The notes under the pieces are model-generated. The model saw only the letters and a program-made list of their open reading frames with translations. It was not told where the DNA came from and made no database searches. The translations under genes and the position numbers were made by a program. A DNA stretch of 64,000 nucleotides from a virus (taxonomy: Duplodnaviria; Caudoviricetes): positions 1-64,000 of IMG/VR virus record IMGVR_UViG_2974666281_000001. One strand, given 5' to 3'. Of the stretch, positions 19,351 through 27,202 are shown piece after piece (the first letter of the stretch is position 1; each line of letters starts with the position of its first letter).

Positions 19351-19572
19351 TTATTGTGAATATGTTTCACCGGTAGGATTTACTGAAGTGGATTCACATA
19401 TTTCGTAATGTTTATGACACTTCTCACAAAAGCCATGCCACCAACAATTGAATCCATCAGCGCCACATGTCCCTTCATGAACAAATCGCATGTGGTTACA
19501 ATTATAACAACGGAATTCTGTAGCCTGATAGATTTTGTAGGCCACATTACTTTTATCGTTCACAACAGACAT
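19351..19572 (-). CDS. small Cys-rich metal-binding protein
   Basis: 7 Cys including CYNC and CEKC; GAGGA SD. Confidence 0.65.
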   Translation of the reverse strand: MSVVNDKSNVAYKIYQATEFRCYNCNHMRFVHEGTCGADGFNCWWHGFCEKCHKHYEICESTSVNPTGETYSQ

Positions 19573-19591
19573 GTTTTCCTCACAAAGGCTC

Positions 19592-20140
19592 TTATCGAGC
19601 CCACTTAATTATGCTTGAAATAACTGCTTGATGTTCGCCAGCGTTAACACCACGGATGTTATTTCTACCGTCGTGATTCAAAATTTGATGAACTGGAAGG
19701 TCTTGATTATCAGCGAATTCTTCAAATAAAGAGATAACCTTATTGAAACCCTCTGGACTAAGAGAAATCAAATCATCTTCAAAGTCAGAAGTCATTTCAT
19801 TACGAGTCAGAATCAAAGTATAAACTTTATGGTTGTCAACCAGCCGATTGAAATCAACTTCAAACCGGTCTAGTTCTTTAAGCAACTCACCACGAATCAT
19901 ACCGTAAACCCAATTACTAATATATCCACGGTCTAGCAGATAGATTTTCTTAGGGTCAAGATATTCAAGCATTGTTTCGAAACAAGCTACTTCATTACGA
20001 CTTTTGATATCGAATCGACCATCATCAGTGCGTTTTGGGAAGTCAATGAGTTCATAACGGTCTGAGATTTCGCAGATATCACGAATCAATGATGTTTTAC
20101 CTGCGTTATCAGGTCCGTCTACATAAATTATTTTAGCCAC
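19592..20140 (-). CDS. thymidylate-kinase-like dNMP kinase (probably for modified dCMP)
   Basis: DGPDNAGKT P-loop, FP and LLDRG motifs. Confidence 0.85.
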   Translation of the reverse strand: MAKIIYVDGPDNAGKTSLIRDICEISDRYELIDFPKRTDDGRFDIKSRNEVACFETMLEYLDPKKIYLLDRGYISNWVYGMIRGELLKELDRFEVDFNRLVDNHKVYTLILTRNEMTSDFEDDLISLSPEGFNKVISLFEEFADNQDLPVHQILNHDGRNNIRGVNAGEHQAVISSIIKWAR

Positions 20141-21039
20141 AAATCACCTTCGATAATGACGTCTTCACGTTTAGGGATATTGTAAGGAGAATGAATATTG
20201 CATCTAAAGTAGATGAACTCTGCTAATCCAGGATGAAATACCTTTTCAGGATTTTCATGATACAGGATAATTGGAGTAGCCTTTAAGACACGATAATATT
20301 CTTTCTTACTCAGTTTGATAAGGTGTATTTTATCATAATTATATTCAGCAGCAACAAACGTGTCGTTCGGGTCTGTGATGTACAAGTCAATATCTAGATT
20401 CTTGCAAGTATTAACAACCTTTTTAAACTTATAACATTTATCACTGATTCTGAACGGATGGAATACACCCTTGAACTTGATTGGGTCCGTATTGCGAGAG
20501 AACGTCAGGATAACGTCAGGATTGATTACTCGCTGTGAGACTATGATCTTATCTTCATTAGCCCCATGAGCCACCAGAATGTCTTTCTGACACTCGTTCA
20601 GTACAAAAGTGCGAAGACTTTGGTTCACTGATTCAACATCTTTATCAATGAACTCATCAATATAATAACGTGGAACTTCTGGGTCTTTAGTGATATTGAA
20701 GTTGTAAATTACTTCATTTTTACCAGGATAACCTGTGATATCGGTTACAAGATGAGCACAATCAAAGTAATCCATCAATGAGTCGATAACGAACCAGTTC
20801 TCTTCCCAGAAATGTTTACGTGTTTCGTACGCGTTATCTTTATACCAGACAGGACAAAACATTACTTCAGGAAACAGTTCTCTCAACTCTGCTTCGTCAT
20901 CATTATTCTTTGGAATGCAAATGACATCACCGGGACTAGCCCGGTGTAATTGGAGTTGAAAGTTACCGTCTTTAAGAATAGCGTAATTACCAGTTTCGTA
21001 AGAACGCATTGAAAAGATAGGAACAATCAATTTAGCCAT
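20128..21039 (-). CDS. candidate DNA arabinosyltransferase
   Basis: sits at the beta-gt position of a sugar-nucleotide cluster; no similarity to T4 BGT; function inferred from context. Confidence 0.6.
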   Translation of the reverse strand: MAKLIVPIFSMRSYETGNYAILKDGNFQLQLHRASPGDVICIPKNNDDEAELRELFPEVMFCPVWYKDNAYETRKHFWEENWFVIDSLMDYFDCAHLVTDITGYPGKNEVIYNFNITKDPEVPRYYIDEFIDKDVESVNQSLRTFVLNECQKDILVAHGANEDKIIVSQRVINPDVILTFSRNTDPIKFKGVFHPFRISDKCYKFKKVVNTCKNLDIDLYITDPNDTFVAAEYNYDKIHLIKLSKKEYYRVLKATPIILYHENPEKVFHPGLAEFIYFRCNIHSPYNIPKREDVIIEGDLWLK

Positions 21040-21737
21040 TATTTTAAGAACCCTTTAACATAATCAAAGTCACGCTCAAAGACGTGGGCTGACACCATAG
21101 AATGAGTGTATGTACCTACTTTAACACCACATTCTTCAGCAATTAGGTTCATTAACTTCCATTGCAAATAGAAGTCCAGCTGCATAACAACGGCACAGTT
21201 CTGAGAACGCATATGACAATGTGTATAAAGACGACCATCACGAATGTAATAAGTCACAGAGTCAGTACATGGGTATTCTAGGGTCTCATCACTGTCAAGC
21301 AGTGCTTGGTCGCTTGATTCGAGAATCTGGAACACAACACGTCGCGAGTTAGGCTTCTCTTTAAGTTCTTTGAGAAGGGTTGGTAACTGGGCAACAATAC
21401 GAGGTCCATAAAAAGTGTTGAAGTTCGCAGGCAATGCGTCACTTTTTGGTTTTGAAATAAATTTAGCAACATTAGGATATTCCTTAAATGCTTCTACCGC
21501 GTCAGTGCCACCAGAAATCATGAACTTCCAGAATGCTTCGGCATAATCGTAATCAATACGATTGATACGTTCGTCTTGGAAGATAGCAGATTCTGGTTCG
21601 AATACTTCAATTACCGCAGAGCCAATTTCATGACAATGACCAATACGTGATTCTACAACAAATTCAGGTGACTTCAAGATGAGCTCATTCATCTCTTTAA
21701 ATGCTTCTTCAAACGTCCACGCTTTAACTGCAATCAT
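21039..21737 (-). CDS. thymidylate-synthase-fold dCMP-modifying enzyme (gp42-like, probable dCMP hydroxylase component)
   Basis: SRR, YPC catalytic Cys, MRSQN......LD, SAHVFERD. Confidence 0.85.
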   Translation of the reverse strand: MIAVKAWTFEEAFKEMNELILKSPEFVVESRIGHCHEIGSAVIEVFEPESAIFQDERINRIDYDYAEAFWKFMISGGTDAVEAFKEYPNVAKFISKPKSDALPANFNTFYGPRIVAQLPTLLKELKEKPNSRRVVFQILESSDQALLDSDETLEYPCTDSVTYYIRDGRLYTHCHMRSQNCAVVMQLDFYLQWKLMNLIAEECGVKVGTYTHSMVSAHVFERDFDYVKGFLK

Positions 21738-22078
21738 AATACCTCTTGTCGTTTTTTACTTTCATTAAAAATAAATTGATAGATTGATTTTAACTCATTT
21801 GGAACTGCAGCGAGTTTAAATGCTTCGACTTCAAGGTTCTCAATAGGAATATTATGTTTCTTTTTCAGAGAGCCAATCATATCAGTAACTTTAAATCGAC
21901 GTTCTAACAACTTATAGATTTCATAGTCGATATCTTCGACTTCAGAACGCATTGTGTCAAGAAGACGAGAAGGACTTGGCTTGACATTGAATGGGTTATA
22001 AGTTGCCGGGTCCTCGCCCGGCTGAATACGACGTGATTTGATAACTAGTTCGTTCATAGTGTGATTAATACGTCTCAT
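21734..22078 (-). CDS. AroQ-type chorismate mutase
   Basis: LDTMRSEVEDIDYEIYKLLERR...IGSLK...PIENLEVE...IFNESKKRQ matches the CM_2 pattern. Confidence 0.8.
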   Translation of the reverse strand: MRRINHTMNELVIKSRRIQPGEDPATYNPFNVKPSPSRLLDTMRSEVEDIDYEIYKLLERRFKVTDMIGSLKKKHNIPIENLEVEAFKLAAVPNELKSIYQFIFNESKKRQEVL

Positions 22079-23244
22079 TCTGGGTACCTCGTTGCGTCGT
22101 CTGCATTATCTGTGATTGATACAATCTGAATAGAATTCAGTGGCATGTCATTCTTAGATAGCTGACGTTTATAATAACGTTCGCAATAGGTACAAGTTGA
22201 ACCACATACTTCATTTGCACAATCAAAATCAGGATGTTTGAACCAACGTTTTTTCAAGAACCCATCAAGTAATGAAGTCTCGATATTAACCGTATGTTGG
22301 TAGTTAGCATCTGATTCATCGTTATAAATGGTTTCCAGTGGCTTCCAGAGCTCAAGGAGATTACCTTCAAATTTCTCTGAAGAATAAGCTTCCAGAACTT
22401 TCATGATGTATTCTGTTGAGCCTGTACGTCCTGACACTTTGAACTGAGTGATACCAATATCACGATACAGTTTTAAATCTTGTGGACGTACAAAACGTGT
22501 ACGGAGCCAGTTGAATGGGTCTGTGTCTCGGGCTTTGATACAGTGTTGCATCGGGTAACCATCCAATGACTGTGCATCTTCTGGTGTAGTGTCGGTACTA
22601 TGGAAAATATAGCAAGAGTCACGATAACTACAATGAGTGGTATAGCCTTTACCAGCATTAGAACAGAATTCATTGACCAGAATTTCAAAGATGATTCCAT
22701 TATCGTTACAGAATTTAGCAGCTTGCTTTAAGAATGAAACACTACGATTCTTATGAATACCACAGCAGACTTTCTTGATTTTGTATTGGTCGTGAAGATA
22801 CTTAATCTGTGTTACCGCATCTACGTGCAGGATAGTTGAAATTTCGAATTCAATTTCAGTATTCACTTCACGAACGATTTGCATTACAATTGGGTTTGCT
22901 ACTGTAATACGATAAACACCAATAGACCACAGATACTGAACATATTCTTGAATGGCTTTCTTTTTCCACTCGTCTAATTCACGCTTGGTGCCTGGGTTAA
23001 TACTGTTGAAGGTATAGTTGAAGCAAATACCTAATTCATTACAACGAGCGACGTATTTTTCCAGCTCTTCGTCTTTAACATCAGGAAGACGGAAATCAGG
23101 ACGCGCAGCTACAAACGCCATAGCTCGAGTAGAGCCATAGACTTCGTTGATTAATGAATCAGGGTTTTTAGCATTCAGCTCAACAATTTTATCAAGAAGA
23201 GCCAAATCAAAATTCGTTCCTACCTTAAAAGTAGATTTATGCAT
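22075..23244 (-). CDS. peptidase U32 family Fe-S hydroxylase
   Basis: IST...V, EILVNEFC..C..C..C cluster, FVRPQDL, FKVSGR. Confidence 0.85.
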   Translation of the reverse strand: MHKSTFKVGTNFDLALLDKIVELNAKNPDSLINEVYGSTRAMAFVAARPDFRLPDVKDEELEKYVARCNELGICFNYTFNSINPGTKRELDEWKKKAIQEYVQYLWSIGVYRITVANPIVMQIVREVNTEIEFEISTILHVDAVTQIKYLHDQYKIKKVCCGIHKNRSVSFLKQAAKFCNDNGIIFEILVNEFCSNAGKGYTTHCSYRDSCYIFHSTDTTPEDAQSLDGYPMQHCIKARDTDPFNWLRTRFVRPQDLKLYRDIGITQFKVSGRTGSTEYIMKVLEAYSSEKFEGNLLELWKPLETIYNDESDANYQHTVNIETSLLDGFLKKRWFKHPDFDCANEVCGSTCTYCERYYKRQLSKNDMPLNSIQIVSITDNADDATRYPE

Positions 23245-23245
23245 T

Positions 23246-23884
23246 TTATAACCTTACGTAATTGGGCCATTTTGGCGAATTAAGCCGAGTATAAAAAGCA
23301 CTTCGACTTAATCCTATAGCCTCATAAGCTAATTTCATCGTGGAATATTCCACACCATTTACTTCAACAGGTGATTTTCTCGAAGCTTTTTCGCCAGTAC
23401 AAGTCTTTCGACTTTCAGACATTTTATTTCGCGATGTGTCTGACCATACCTTTCCGATATTTGGTCCTGGCTTTCCTGTAATGGCTTTAGATAATTTAGC
23501 TCTTGTTTCAGGAGACAAACTTACACCGTATCGAGGATTATCTTTTCCGGTGAATCGTCCTTTACGGGACTTTGACATTTTATCACGAGATTCTTTGCTA
23601 TACGCAAATGCTGTATTTCCACCTAATTTCAAGTTCAATACATCAGGCCTTTTTAACCAGTCTTCATTAACCAATTTGGCTTCATAATCGTAAGCGTCTT
23701 GTTCTATGTCGAATGTGGCCAAAATCTCTTTTATGATTTTAGGGTTCTTGGACTTAATATAATCTTTAAGTTTTACTCCAGAACCCATATAATCATCTTC
23801 TATATTAGAAGTACTATGCTTACCAATATAGAATCTAACATCTTCTTCAGACGTGCACGTTATTTTGTACACGCAATGAATCAT
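23246..23884 (-). mobile_element. free-standing GIY-YIG homing endonuclease with NUMOD3 repeats
   Basis: CVYKIT..FYIGKHST..DDYMGSG; SKESRDKMS, SPETRAKLS and SDTSRNKMS repeats. Confidence 0.9.
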
Positions 23885-24246
23885 AAGTTTGGTTTGTACG
23901 ATTTCTTTGATTTGAATTCACCTTTATTCATAAGGTTTTTGAATTCGTCAGGACGCATAGCTTTGTCGTCGATAATCCAATCATACACAGGTTTATGTGT
24001 CAGCAGATTATGATACTTCAAGCCAATACGTTTCAAGTTCTCAATAAGAGAAGGAACAATTTCTGAAGTAATACGACCAGGACCTACTGACTTCATACCG
24101 CGAGCAGTATAAAGCGTAATCTCATGACCTTCATCGTACAGCTTGTTAATCATGGACACCATTACGGTGTCCGGCTTAAAGTTCACATAATCACGGTCAT
24201 TGTTCCAGAACGTAATTGTATCGTCGATGTCAAACGTTAACTTCAT
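23881..24246 (-). CDS. HAD-family sugar-phosphate phosphatase
   Basis: FDIDDT, LYTARG, KP..D.IIDDKA. Confidence 0.85.
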   Translation of the reverse strand: MKLTFDIDDTITFWNNDRDYVNFKPDTVMVSMINKLYDEGHEITLYTARGMKSVGPGRITSEIVPSLIENLKRIGLKYHNLLTHKPVYDWIIDDKAMRPDEFKNLMNKGEFKSKKSYKPNL

Positions 24247-25924
24247 TGATTCGTTCCCACTGATGAGTGATATCGCCACCTATAGGGCGATAGGAGACAC
24301 CTGTTTCTTTATCAGTCAGTACCCATTTACCAGGGTTCTTCGTGATTAACGTCGCCGTAATAGGCTCACTAATGTCCATTGAAACAGAGCCATCTTGGAG
24401 TAGACGGCCCATTTTACGTAATTGTTTAGTAAGCAGCATCATGCCATGGTAATATGCCGAAACTGCTTTCAACGGATTGTTCTTGAAGTAACCACCTAAT
24501 GCAATCCAGATAATAGCAACTGCAAGATGATGATAGTCGTTGAACAAATCACATTTCTCGTACTTATGAACCAATGGCTGAATATTAACAAAACAATGCC
24601 CTTCATCAATAATAAGACCACCCCAAGCATGATCGGAATTAAACTTATCATAACCTGAAATGGCGTAAAGGACTTTTGCTTCATCATACAACTGTGGACC
24701 AAAGATTTTAGTCTCACCAAAATAACCACGTGGATCAATGAATTTAACTACACCATCGTATTGAATCATGGTATTACTAAAGTTTGGGTCACCATGAATA
24801 ACACAATAACTACGCCCTTGGGTCTCGTGATGGTATTTAATCAAATGGGCTAATGCTTGTTTAAGCATCGGTTTCAGATGACCAAGTTTAACATGATTAA
24901 CATGGGTGATTTTACCAAACGATTCAATTAAGCCTTTAATTGAATCACAACGGTCGATTACTTTTGTGTAGAATTCTTTAGTGAAATCTAGTTCAATTTC
25001 TTCTTCAGTCGCATAAACGGAATGGCCAAAATTCAAAGCATCAAGAATTTCTTCGATTTTATCAAACTGTTTAAATGCTGGAAGCCCATACAGCCATTCA
25101 AATGCCGGAAGTCCTTTAATCCGTTCCATGATGAATGATTCACCATTGATACCTGAAATTTTAGGTATTGACTGAGATTTGACATGACGATACCATTCAA
25201 GTTCATCACGTTGAAGCTTTTTGCCTTGCTCGGTTAAAGCGAACTTTTCGACATAATCTTCTGTGATTTCTACAGCATTAAAACTACGGTTCAGTTCACG
25301 TTCTTTATGAGCTTCATGGAGTTTATCCATATCACCAAGGTCGATGATATTCATTAGCTCCGACTGTTTGAACGATTTGCCGTACAAAAAGTCTACAAAA
25401 TCTTGCCCTTGGCATTGTTCATTAATTTCTTCAAGCGTATCACCCATATAGAATTCCCAGTCTAAGAACTGATAAATTCCTACGACGTTGCCGCCAGTAC
25501 TTCCAACATTAGAAATATACTGTCCATCAAAGTTATAACGACACTGATTGCCTTTAGTGTAAATGGTATTTTGTTCCCAACACCATGAACCAAAGTCGGG
25601 AATAATGTCACACCAGTTAACGATAACGTTGTGACCTTCTAACATATGGTTCATTGTAGCTAATGCATAAGCAGAACCGTATGATTCATCTACGGTATGG
25701 ACAGTGATATTCAGGCCTTCTTGCTGAGCATAAGCACGAACCATTTCAGCGAACTTTGAATGCACGACTACAATAATTTCATCTGCACCAAGGTCTGCAT
25801 AGATGTCATGCAGATTTTTGAGAATAGTGTGTTGCTTATAGTTAACTAACACTTTAGGTATATGGTGCGTAATTGGATATAAACGAGTTGCCAACCCAGC
25901 TCCAAGAATAACTGCCTTTTTCAT
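24230..25924 (-). CDS. sugar-1-phosphate nucleotidyltransferase fused to an APH/choline-kinase-like kinase
   Basis: ILGAGLATRL.P.T..IPK at the N-terminus; IHGDPNFSN..FIDPRG in the C-terminal half. Confidence 0.9.
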   Translation of the reverse strand: MKKAVILGAGLATRLYPITHHIPKVLVNYKQHTILKNLHDIYADLGADEIIVVVHSKFAEMVRAYAQQEGLNITVHTVDESYGSAYALATMNHMLEGHNVIVNWCDIIPDFGSWCWEQNTIYTKGNQCRYNFDGQYISNVGSTGGNVVGIYQFLDWEFYMGDTLEEINEQCQGQDFVDFLYGKSFKQSELMNIIDLGDMDKLHEAHKERELNRSFNAVEITEDYVEKFALTEQGKKLQRDELEWYRHVKSQSIPKISGINGESFIMERIKGLPAFEWLYGLPAFKQFDKIEEILDALNFGHSVYATEEEIELDFTKEFYTKVIDRCDSIKGLIESFGKITHVNHVKLGHLKPMLKQALAHLIKYHHETQGRSYCVIHGDPNFSNTMIQYDGVVKFIDPRGYFGETKIFGPQLYDEAKVLYAISGYDKFNSDHAWGGLIIDEGHCFVNIQPLVHKYEKCDLFNDYHHLAVAIIWIALGGYFKNNPLKAVSAYYHGMMLLTKQLRKMGRLLQDGSVSMDISEPITATLITKNPGKWVLTDKETGVSYRPIGGDITHQWERINEVNV

Positions 25925-25949
25925 ATGATTTCCTCATTAAAGTACATCC

Positions 25950-25974
25950 ATTGTACCATCATTTAATTAAAGCA
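25950..25974 (-). promoter_or_regulatory. middle promoter driving the modification cluster
   Basis: TGCTTTA-12 nt-TACAAT. Confidence 0.75.
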
Positions 25975-26106
25975 CTGGAACTTGGCTTGTAGCCAGAGCA
26001 TGACCCAAGCAACGATAAGAGTTGGAATCATTACTGGAGTCATGATGCTCCAGTAAATAGTTGCACCGAAGAATAGCAATAATAAAAATGTGTCTAGATA
26101 TTTCAT
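25963..26106 (-). CDS. 47-aa membrane protein, not in the ORF track
   Basis: MKYLDTFLLLLFFGATIYWSIMTPVMIPTLIVAWVMLWLQAKFQCFN; ATGA overlap with the isomerase stop. Confidence 0.7.
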   Translation of the reverse strand: MKYLDTFLLLLFFGATIYWSIMTPVMIPTLIVAWVMLWLQAKFQCFN

Positions 26107-26732
26107 TGAGCACCACGCAATTGTTCGCCTAATGCACCACCTGGGTGAAAGCGTAGGAAGTCGTTAGGAGTAAACCCACGTTCGGCTGAAAGGTTAATTG
26201 CAAAGGTATCAATCAGAGCCAAGAGCAACGTTGTGGACATCGTAGGTGCCAACTTATGCTCATCAATCTCAACCGCCTTGCCTGTACAGAAATTGTAGTC
26301 AAACATGCTTAAAACGCCAGTATTCAAATCTGGATTGCAATGAAGTAGAATCTGTTCTACACCCGGACGAATTTGACGAAGGTGTTTGACGAGTCTAAGC
26401 ATCTCTTCAGTCTTACCTGAACGGCTGATGTGAATCAGAACATCGTTAGGGCCAATGAAGCCTGCGTCACCATGAGAATAATGCCCAGTGTTCAGATACA
26501 GGCTAGGAATACCCAATGAGGCCATTGTTTCTGAAGCCTTAGTGGCGATGTTAGCGTTTTTACCTACGCCTGTTATGATTATACGACTCTCATAATTGGA
26601 TAGTCCTGGGCGTCGCAAGCATTGCAGGATTCGAAGATAATGAGAGCTTCCATTGTTGATAATAGAAGACAACTTATCTAAGGCTTGTGCTTGCAAGACA
26701 AGAGCTGTTTTAGCACGGTCGATTGAAGTCAT
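26103..26732 (-). CDS. arabinose-5-phosphate isomerase (KdsD/GutQ SIS domain, no CBS domain)
   Basis: ITGVGKN, HGDAG, ISRSGKTEE, LAPT.ST, F.RFHPGGALG. Confidence 0.92.
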   Translation of the reverse strand: MTSIDRAKTALVLQAQALDKLSSIINNGSSHYLRILQCLRRPGLSNYESRIIITGVGKNANIATKASETMASLGIPSLYLNTGHYSHGDAGFIGPNDVLIHISRSGKTEEMLRLVKHLRQIRPGVEQILLHCNPDLNTGVLSMFDYNFCTGKAVEIDEHKLAPTMSTTLLLALIDTFAINLSAERGFTPNDFLRFHPGGALGEQLRGAQ

Positions 26733-27148
26733 TTGATATTTTCTTCCACACATTGGTTAATAATTGAATAGTACTTATCACCAACTTTTTGATATTTGGC
26801 TTTGTACTTTTCAGCTGTCTTGAAGTCGCCAGATTCAATAGAAGAATAATACTTACTTTCTACTTTAGCTAATTCAAGGTCTAAGAATTGCTGACACTTA
26901 CGAGCAATGGCTGACCGTTTTTCGGCTTTAATAGTACGTTCTAAAGCTTCACGTTCGCCAGGAAATTCTACACGTTCTACTTTCATGGTAGCATATTTGT
27001 CACAATTACCACCACACTGGTTTGAGACCCTCTGATAGACTAGTCCAGTCCCACCTTTATAAACTAAGTTACCGACGTAAGGATGATTCATCCCAGCACA
27101 ACCAGTAAGTCCAAAAGTTAAAGCAATGATAGCAAGTTTCATTTTCAT
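26729..27148 (-). CDS. lipoprotein
   Basis: lipobox LTGC. Confidence 0.7.
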   Translation of the reverse strand: MKMKLAIIALTFGLTGCAGMNHPYVGNLVYKGGTGLVYQRVSNQCGGNCDKYATMKVERVEFPGEREALERTIKAEKRSAIARKCQQFLDLELAKVESKYYSSIESGDFKTAEKYKAKYQKVGDKYYSIINQCVEENIK

Positions 27149-27172
27149 AATATGTTCCTCAGAATTTTATCT

Positions 27173-27202
27173 AATATACCACATCCTTGTGGTATTGTAA
27201 AC
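27173..27202 (-). promoter_or_regulatory. early promoter
   Basis: GTTTAC-18 nt-TATATT. Confidence 0.75.

Noticed and set aside
21039-21737. Calling this thymidylate synthase td or a standard dCMP hydroxymethylase
   Set aside because: Asp at the specificity position argues against dUMP, and folate-binding residues are altered
22075-23244. Collagenase or protease function for the U32 protein
   Set aside because: Cys clusters and gene context fit the Fe-S hydroxylase role of RlhA, TrhP and UbiUV
23246-23884. Intron-encoded status for the GIY-YIG gene
   Set aside because: Flanking genes are complete and abut it, leaving no space for ribozyme sequence
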